In this document: in pieces, positions 58,438-64,000 of the stretch
Layout of the letters: each line of letters begins with the position of its first letter
Position numbering within the stretch: position 1 is the stretch's first letter
Origin: Angustibacter luteus
GTDB lineage: Bacteria > Actinomycetota > Actinomycetes > Actinomycetales > Angustibacteraceae
Direction: 5' to 3'
Length of the DNA: 64,000 nt
Assembly: GCF_039541115.1 (NCBI RefSeq)
Contig: NZ_BAABFP010000007.1
Coordinates: forward strand, 124,001 to 188,000
Position numbers and translations under genes: made by a program
The notes under the pieces: model-generated
What the model saw: only the letters and a program-made list of their open reading frames with translations
Told to the model about the DNA's origin: nothing
Database searches by the model: none

Positions 58438-59180
58438 GCCACCGCCCCGCCCAGACGCCGTGCCTCGGCGCGCGCGTCTCCGCGCTCGCCGACGGCACCA
58501 TGCGCGCCGACGTCCGCGACCGGGCGCTCGCGCACACGCTGGTCTGCCCGGACTGCCGGGACGCGCTGGACGTCGAGCGGCTGACGGTCGAGCGGCTGCG
58601 GTCGCTGACCTCGCCGGCGCCGTCCGCCGCGCTGATGGCCACCCTGTTCTCGCTCGGTGAGACCGGTGGGCCGGTGCCGCCGCGCCGCGGCTTCGGCCCG
58701 GGCATGCCGCGTCCTCTGCTGGTGTCCGTCGGGCCGGCCGGGCCACCCTCGATGGTCGCGCCGGTGCGTCCGGGTGGGAGCACCCACCCGGGCAACCGCG
58801 CCGCCGGACGCCGGGTCCGTCGTTCCGTCGTGGCCGTCGCGGCCGGTGCGCTGAGCGTGGGCGCGGTGACCGCGGGTGTGCTGACCGCCGCCGTCGGGGT
58901 CGCGCCCGCGGCGAACCGCACGCCGGTGGCGCAGCTCACGGTGCAGAGCACCTCCACCTCGGGGGCGGCGCGCCCGGCTGGCCTCGGCTCCGCGCGGCAG
59001 TCCGGGTTCCGGACGTCGACGTCACCGCTGTCGTCGTTCGCCAGCTCGTCGTTCGCCAGCTCGTCGTTCGCCAGCTCGTCGTTCGGCAGCCCGCTCAGCA
59101 CGTCCGCGTTCAGCACGCTCGCCTTCCGTGCCACCGGTGCGAACGACCCGCTGCCGCCCGTGCACCGCCTGTCGCACTGA
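58434..59180 (+). CDS. Zinc-finger anti-sigma factor (RseA-like)
   Basis: VSALADG...HTLVCPDC (HxxxCxxC); TM-like segment; ATGA-coupled to sigE. Confidence 0.8.
   Translation: MSHRPAQTPCLGARVSALADGTMRADVRDRALAHTLVCPDCRDALDVERLTVERLRSLTSPAPSAALMATLFSLGETGGPVPPRRGFGPGMPRPLLVSVGPAGPPSMVAPVRPGGSTHPGNRAAGRRVRRSVVAVAAGALSVGAVTAGVLTAAVGVAPAANRTPVAQLTVQSTSTSGAARPAGLGSARQSGFRTSTSPLSSFASSSFASSSFASSSFGSPLSTSAFSTLAFRATGANDPLPPVHRLSH
59031..59090. repeat. Four tandem 15-bp units (tcgtcgttcgccagc) inside the anti-sigma gene, encoding (SSFAS)n
   Basis: Three perfect copies plus one with a single mismatch. Confidence 0.9.
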
Positions 59181-59322
59181 CCCCCGGCGCCTCGGCCACC
59201 CGCCGCCGGACCGCCATCGGTGGGGTCGATTCGTCGCCGGGCCGCGAGGCAGGCGAGGATAGGGGAGGATCGACCGTGCACGAGGCCGCCGAGGGGGCGT
59301 CCTCGGACAGGAGGATGTCTCG

Positions 59323-60759
59323 ATGAGCCAGGACCAGCCAGAGTCGGGCGACGCACCGCAGCCGCCCGTCCAGCCGGACTGGTGGAGCCCGTCGAGCCCC
59401 GCCCAGGACTCCACGCAGGACCCCACGCAGGACGCCGCTGCGGAGGCTGCCGCTGAGCCCTCGGCCAGCGAGTCGACCACGGCGTACGACAGCCCCGCCG
59501 CGCCCGCCGCGCCCGCCGCGCCCGCCGAGCCCGCCGCGCCTGAGCCGCTCGAACCTGCGCCCTTCGGCCCTGACCGCTTCGACGCTGACGAGCCCGTGAC
59601 CGTGCCGTTGGCGTGGCGCAGCGGCGGGGACGGCCTGGGTCGCCCACCGCGCCGGCATGGCCTGCCCGGCGGACTGGTCGTGGCCATCACCGTCGTCGTC
59701 GCCCTGGTCGCTGCCCTGCTCGGCGGTGCGATCGGCGCGTGGACCGTGCAGCGGGACGGCGCGTCGCCCAACCGCTCGGTCTCGCTGCCGGCGCCCTCGC
59801 CGGGCACCACGACCCGGTCGGGCGCCAGTGTCGCCGGGGTGGCCCAGAAGGTGCTGCCGAGCGTGGTGTCGATCGAGGTGCGCGGCGCCGACGGCTCGGG
59901 CACCGGCTCGGGCTTCGTGATCCGGCCCGACGGCTACATCGTGACCAACAACCACGTCGTGGCGGGGGCCGGCGAGGGTGGGTCGATCACGGTCGTCTTC
60001 CCGGACGGTTCGCACGAGTCGGCCAAGGTCGTCGGCCGCGACAGCTCGTACGACCTGGCGGCGCTCAAGGTGTCCCGCAAGGGACTCCCGGCGCTCACCT
60101 TCGGCGACTCGAGCTCGGTCGTGGTGGGCGACGAGGTGATCGCCATCGGCGCCCCGCTGGGCCTGCAGGGCACCGTGACGACGGGCATCGTGAGCGCCCT
60201 GAACCGGCCGGTCTCGGCCGGTGAGGACGAGAACGACCCGGCGTTCATCAACGCCATCCAGACGGACGCCGCGATCAACCCGGGCAACTCCGGCGGGCCG
60301 CTGGTCGACATGGCCGGCAAGGTGATCGCGGTCAACTCGGCCATCGCCCGGGTGCCCGGCACGGGCGAGCTCGGCGCCCAGTCCGGCAACATCGGGCTCG
60401 GGTTCGCGATCCCCAGCCAGCAGGCCCGCCGCACCGTGCAGGAGCTGATCCAGACCGGCAAGGCCCAGCACCCGGTGATCGGCGTCCTGCTCGACCGCTC
60501 CTACACCGGTGAGGGCGTCCGGGTGGCGCCCGCCGACCAGGGCGGTCAGCCGCCGGTCACCCCGGGCGGCCCGGCCGACAAGGCCGGCATCAAGGCCGGC
60601 GACGTCATCACCCAGTTCAACGGACGCCCGATGAGCGACTCGGATGCCCTGGTTGTGGCGATCCGTGCCCAGGCGCCGGGTGACACCGTGCGGTTGACCG
60701 TCCGTTCGGGCGGCAAGGAACGTACTGTCTCCATGACGCTGCAGGCGTCCAGCGACTGA
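59323..60759 (+). CDS. htrA: HtrA/DegP family serine protease with PDZ domain
   Basis: TNNHV, DLA and QTDAAINPGNSGGPL motifs; C-terminal PDZ domain; TM anchor. Confidence 0.94.
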   Translation: MSQDQPESGDAPQPPVQPDWWSPSSPAQDSTQDPTQDAAAEAAAEPSASESTTAYDSPAAPAAPAAPAEPAAPEPLEPAPFGPDRFDADEPVTVPLAWRSGGDGLGRPPRRHGLPGGLVVAITVVVALVAALLGGAIGAWTVQRDGASPNRSVSLPAPSPGTTTRSGASVAGVAQKVLPSVVSIEVRGADGSGTGSGFVIRPDGYIVTNNHVVAGAGEGGSITVVFPDGSHESAKVVGRDSSYDLAALKVSRKGLPALTFGDSSSVVVGDEVIAIGAPLGLQGTVTTGIVSALNRPVSAGEDENDPAFINAIQTDAAINPGNSGGPLVDMAGKVIAVNSAIARVPGTGELGAQSGNIGLGFAIPSQQARRTVQELIQTGKAQHPVIGVLLDRSYTGEGVRVAPADQGGQPPVTPGGPADKAGIKAGDVITQFNGRPMSDSDALVVAIRAQAPGDTVRLTVRSGGKERTVSMTLQASSD

Positions 60760-60779
60760 CGTGGCGGAGGGTAGGGCTC

Positions 60780-61202
60780 GTGTTCGACATCAACGGCGGT
60801 GAGTTCCTCATCCTCATCGTGGTGGCGCTGGTCATCCTCGGGCCGGAGCGGCTGCCGCAGTACGCCGCGCAGCTCGGCAAGCTGGTCCGCGAGGCTCGCG
60901 GCTTCGCCAGCAAGGCGCGCGAGCAGGTGCGGGCCGAGATGGGCGACGAGTTCGACGACGTCGACTGGAAGGCCCTGGACCCGCGTCGCTACGACCCGCG
61001 CCGGATCGTCCGCGAGGCCCTGCTGGACGGCGACGACGACCCGTTGGGGCTGAGCGGCTGGACCAGCGACTCCGCACCGAACGTGCCGGCGAACATGCGC
61101 CCACCCCAGGGCGAGTCGGACGCGGCGGCGGCCGAGCCCGCGGAGTCGGACACCTCCGTCACCGGCACGACGCCGCGCAGCTACGACGTCGACGCGACCT
61201 GA
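60780..61202 (+). CDS. tatB: Sec-independent translocase TatB
   Basis: MFDINGGEFLILIVVALVILGPERLP; position after htrA. Confidence 0.9.
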   Translation: MFDINGGEFLILIVVALVILGPERLPQYAAQLGKLVREARGFASKAREQVRAEMGDEFDDVDWKALDPRRYDPRRIVREALLDGDDDPLGLSGWTSDSAPNVPANMRPPQGESDAAAAEPAESDTSVTGTTPRSYDVDAT

Positions 61203-61232
61203 CCTGAGCGCTGGCCCGACCTCGCGTCCGGC

Positions 61233-61748
61233 TCAGCGGGACCGGATGAAGTGGTCCGGTGGGACGTCGGGCAGGCCGGGTACCGGCTGCTCCACCTCGG
61301 TCCACCCGTCCGGACCGAAGACCTCCTGCGCCACGTCGCGCCAGAAGCTCCCGGCAGACGTGTTGTCGTGCTGGAAGCCGATGGTCCACGGGCCGGGGTG
61401 CCGCTGGAGGACGTCGGTCGCCAGGTAGCGCCCGATGCCTGAGCGCCGGGTCACCGGAGAGACCCAGAACCCGACGACCGAGCGCTGCTCGCCCTGCAGG
61501 CCGTCGACCAGGGCGAACCCCACGGGCGCGTCCTCACCGGTCTTGGGGTGGGGGCGCCAGGCCAGGTACCCCACGGCGTCGGCCGAGGGGAATGCCGCGA
61601 GCGGCCCCGCCTGGTACCGACCGTCGGCGTACGGCAGGCCGTTCACGACGACGGCCAGGTCGTGCCGGAACAGCTGCCAGAGCCACCCGACGACGTCCCA
61701 CTGGTCGTCCCTGACAGCGCGGACGACCACGCCGGCCGGAGCGTGCAC
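61233..61748 (-). CDS. GNAT family N-acetyltransferase
   Basis: LWQLFRHDL, PVGFALV, FWV...RRSGIG and N..A..FW motifs. Start uncertain. Confidence 0.78.
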   Translation of the reverse strand: MHAPAGVVVRAVRDDQWDVVGWLWQLFRHDLAVVVNGLPYADGRYQAGPLAAFPSADAVGYLAWRPHPKTGEDAPVGFALVDGLQGEQRSVVGFWVSPVTRRSGIGRYLATDVLQRHPGPWTIGFQHDNTSAGSFWRDVAQEVFGPDGWTEVEQPVPGLPDVPPDHFIRSR

Positions 61749-61757
61749 GTCCGCCGC

Positions 61758-62891
61758 TCAGCGCCCGGCGGGCGTGAGCCCCAGGGAGCGCCCGGCCAGA
61801 CCACGGGCCCGCCGGGACAACGTCTTGGCCACCCCGCGCAGCGCGACGGCGGCGGCCGAGTCGGGGTCCGACAGCACGACCGGCGTGCCGCTGTCGCCAC
61901 CCTCGCGCAGGGCGACGTCGATCGGCACCTGGCCCAGCAGCGGCACCGGAGCGCCGACGGCGCGGGTCAGCGAGTCGGAGACGGCCTGGCCGCCGCCGGC
62001 CCCGAACAGCTCGATCCGCGAGCCGTCCGGCTGCTCGAGCCAGGACATGTTCTCGATGACGCCGACGACCTGCTGGTGCGTCTGCAGCGCGATGGCGCCG
62101 GCCCGCTCGGCGACCTCGGCGGCGGCCCGCTGCGGCGTGGTCACCACCAGGATCTCGGCGTTGGGGATGAGCTGGGCCACGGAGATGGCGATGTCCCCGG
62201 TGCCCGGCGGCAGGTCGAGCAGCAGCACGTCCAGGTCGCCCCAGAACACGTCGCCGAGGAACTGCTGCAGCGCGCGGTGCAGCATGGGCCCGCGCCACAC
62301 CACGGGCTGGTTGCCGGGGACGAACATGCCGATCGAGATGACCTTCACGTCGTACGCCAGCGGCGGCAGGATCATGTCGTCGACCTGCGTCGGCTTCTGC
62401 GTGACCCCGAGCATGCGGGGCACCGAGAAGCCGTACACGTCCGCGTCCACGACCCCGACGCGCAACCCGTCGGCCGCCATCGCGGCGGCCAGGTTGACGG
62501 TGACCGACGACTTGCCGACGCCACCCTTGCCGGAGGCGACGGCGTACACCCGGGTCAGCGAGCCGGGCTGGGCGAACGGGATCTCGCGCTCCGCCTGGCC
62601 GCCGCGCAGCTGCTCGCGCAGCCCCTTGCGCTGCTCGTCGGACATCACGTCCAGCACGACCTTCACCTCGCGGACGCCGGGCAGCGGGCTGACCGCGGCC
62701 GTGACGTCCCGGGTGATGGTGTCCTTCAGCGGGCAGCCGGAGACGGTGAGGAAGATGCCGACGGTCACCAGGCCGTCGTCGGTCATGACGACGTCCCGCA
62801 CCATCCCGAGCTCGGTGATGGGCTTCTTGATCTCCGGGTCGTCGACGCGCGCGAGCGCCTCGAGCACCTGGTCCTGCGTCGGCATGGCCAT
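61758..62891 (-). CDS. mrp: Mrp/ApbC/NBP35 Fe-S cluster carrier ATPase
   Basis: N-terminal DPEIKKPITELGMV...GCPL domain; SGKGGVGKS, DADVYG, WRGPM, DLPPGTGD and ENMS motifs. Confidence 0.95.
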   Translation of the reverse strand: MAMPTQDQVLEALARVDDPEIKKPITELGMVRDVVMTDDGLVTVGIFLTVSGCPLKDTITRDVTAAVSPLPGVREVKVVLDVMSDEQRKGLREQLRGGQAEREIPFAQPGSLTRVYAVASGKGGVGKSSVTVNLAAAMAADGLRVGVVDADVYGFSVPRMLGVTQKPTQVDDMILPPLAYDVKVISIGMFVPGNQPVVWRGPMLHRALQQFLGDVFWGDLDVLLLDLPPGTGDIAISVAQLIPNAEILVVTTPQRAAAEVAERAGAIALQTHQQVVGVIENMSWLEQPDGSRIELFGAGGGQAVSDSLTRAVGAPVPLLGQVPIDVALREGGDSGTPVVLSDPDSAAAVALRGVAKTLSRRARGLAGRSLGLTPAGR

Positions 62892-62961
62892 GCGTCGATC
62901 GTAAGCGGGCTGACCAGGGGCGATCGCGCCGGGTGGGGTCGCGCTGCCCTAGGCTGGGCGG

Positions 62962-63504
62962 GTGGATCCGGGGACCGCGCACGAGCAGAGCGCCGGGGGT
63001 GGAGCAGACGGCGGCGACGCTGGTCGGCCGAGCTCCCGGACGCACCAACCGCGTACGGCCGAGCTGGCCGCCTGGCGCTCGTTCCTGCGCGCGCACGCCT
63101 CGGTGGTGCGCCGGCTGGAGGCCGACCTGCTGCGGGTGCACGGCCTCTCGCTGGGCGTCTACGACGTCCTGGTGCAGCTGGTCGAGGCGCCTGACCGGCG
63201 GCTGCGGATGACCGACCTGGCCGACGCCGTGCTGCTGTCGCGCAGCGGGCTGACCCGCCTGGTGGACCGCATGGTGCGGGACGGCTACGTGCGCCGCGAG
63301 CCCGACCCGGGTGACGCGCGCGGCGTGTGGGCGGTGCTCACCCCGGCCGGGTTCGAGCGGCTGAAGACGGCGTCCGCGACCCACCTGGACGGCGTGGGCC
63401 GCTACGTGGTGGACCGGCTGGAGCCGGACGAGCTGGCGTCCTGGGGGACGGCCTGCTCGAAGATCGCCGGCGACGACCTGCCGGCGCCCCCCGCGCTGAG
63501 CTGA
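62962..63504 (+). CDS. MarR family transcriptional regulator
   Basis: AWRSFLRAH, YDVLVQL, LRMTDLAD..LSRSGLTRLVDRM and DARG...LTPAG motifs. Confidence 0.9.
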   Translation: MDPGTAHEQSAGGGADGGDAGRPSSRTHQPRTAELAAWRSFLRAHASVVRRLEADLLRVHGLSLGVYDVLVQLVEAPDRRLRMTDLADAVLLSRSGLTRLVDRMVRDGYVRREPDPGDARGVWAVLTPAGFERLKTASATHLDGVGRYVVDRLEPDELASWGTACSKIAGDDLPAPPALS

Positions 63505-63520
63505 CTCGGACCGACCGGCG

Positions 63521-64000
63521 TCACCCCGGGTAGGAGTCGTCCTCGGGTGGGACCGGGTAGACCTCGACGGGGTCGTTGGCGCGGCGGCGCTCGCGGTGCC
63601 CGCCCGGACCCTGCACCGCCGTGCGGCACCACGGGCAGACCCGCCACTCGGTCTCGAGCTGGCGTCCGCAGGTGGTGCAGCTGCAGTCCAGGGCGACGCC
63701 GCACCAGGGACAGGCGACCATGCCGTCCTCGACGCCGCGCTCGCAGGACGGGCAGCTCTTGCCCAGACCGGCGTCGGCGTGGGTGACCCGGACGGCCTCC
63801 TCGAAGGTGGTCTCGCCGCGCTTGGCCTTCTCCAGCGCCGCGCCGCGCAGCGTCATCATCCCGACGGCCTTGGCCTGCGCGCCGACGGCGGACTCGGTGG
63901 CCGAGGTCATGAGGACCTTGCGCATGGCGTTGTCGACCTCGAGCACCTCGTAGACGGCGGTCCGCCCGCGGTAGCCGGTGCCGCCGCAGTCGGGGCAGCC
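63521..64000 (-). CDS. C-terminal part of a GspE/PilB-type secretion/pilus ATPase with a double zinc-ribbon tail (5' end outside the window)
   Basis: GCPDCGGTGYRGRTAVYEVL...GMMTLR..ALEKAKRGETTFEEAVRV, then CPSC, CPWC, CTTC and CPWC. Confidence 0.85.
   Translation of the reverse strand, partial: GCPDCGGTGYRGRTAVYEVLEVDNAMRKVLMTSATESAVGAQAKAVGMMTLRGAALEKAKRGETTFEEAVRVTHADAGLGKSCPSCERGVEDGMVACPWCGVALDCSCTTCGRQLETEWRVCPWCRTAVQGPGGHRERRRANDPVEVYPVPPEDDSYPG

Overview
Very GC-rich actinobacterial chromosome segment. Gene content and order suggest a non-mycolata actinomycete; I cannot determine the genus. Most of the window is the conserved core block fumC - class I fumarase - glpX - DUF4245 - xseBA - ispH - rmuC - ychF ... 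typA - bldK-like peptide ABC - mshB - fdxA - dapC - gltA - dapD/dapE - LOG - DivIVA-domain - tag - DUF3117 - O-methyltransferase - sigE-rseA-htrA-tatB - mrp. Accessory genes sit between the anchors: an LpqY-SugABC-like sugar ABC transporter, a 7TM-PAS-PP2C sensor, a sulfatase, an AlkD-like protein, glycan-modifying enzymes, a VIT1/ferritin pair, an FtsH paralogue, and a PilB/GspE-type ATPase at the right edge. I found no rRNA, tRNA, CRISPR, integrase or transposase, and no clear new multi-gene system. The best leads are: (i) an O-methyltransferase that appears to start at a non-canonical ATC codon, back-to-back with sigE; (ii) an FtsH paralogue with an intact HEAGH protease site but no aromatic pore-loop residue; (iii) a secreted Zn-peptidase fused to two LecA/PA-IL-like modules behind a FliA/WhiG-like promoter; (iv) tandem repeats that reiterate the stop codons of three neighbouring genes; (v) recognisable regulatory sites (IdeR box before VIT1, PafBC-type promoters before rmuC and the DivIVA-tag operon, pervasive leaderless -10 boxes); (vi) a G-quadruplex candidate next to a long palindrome after gltA. 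All functional calls come from visual motif recognition, not database searches.
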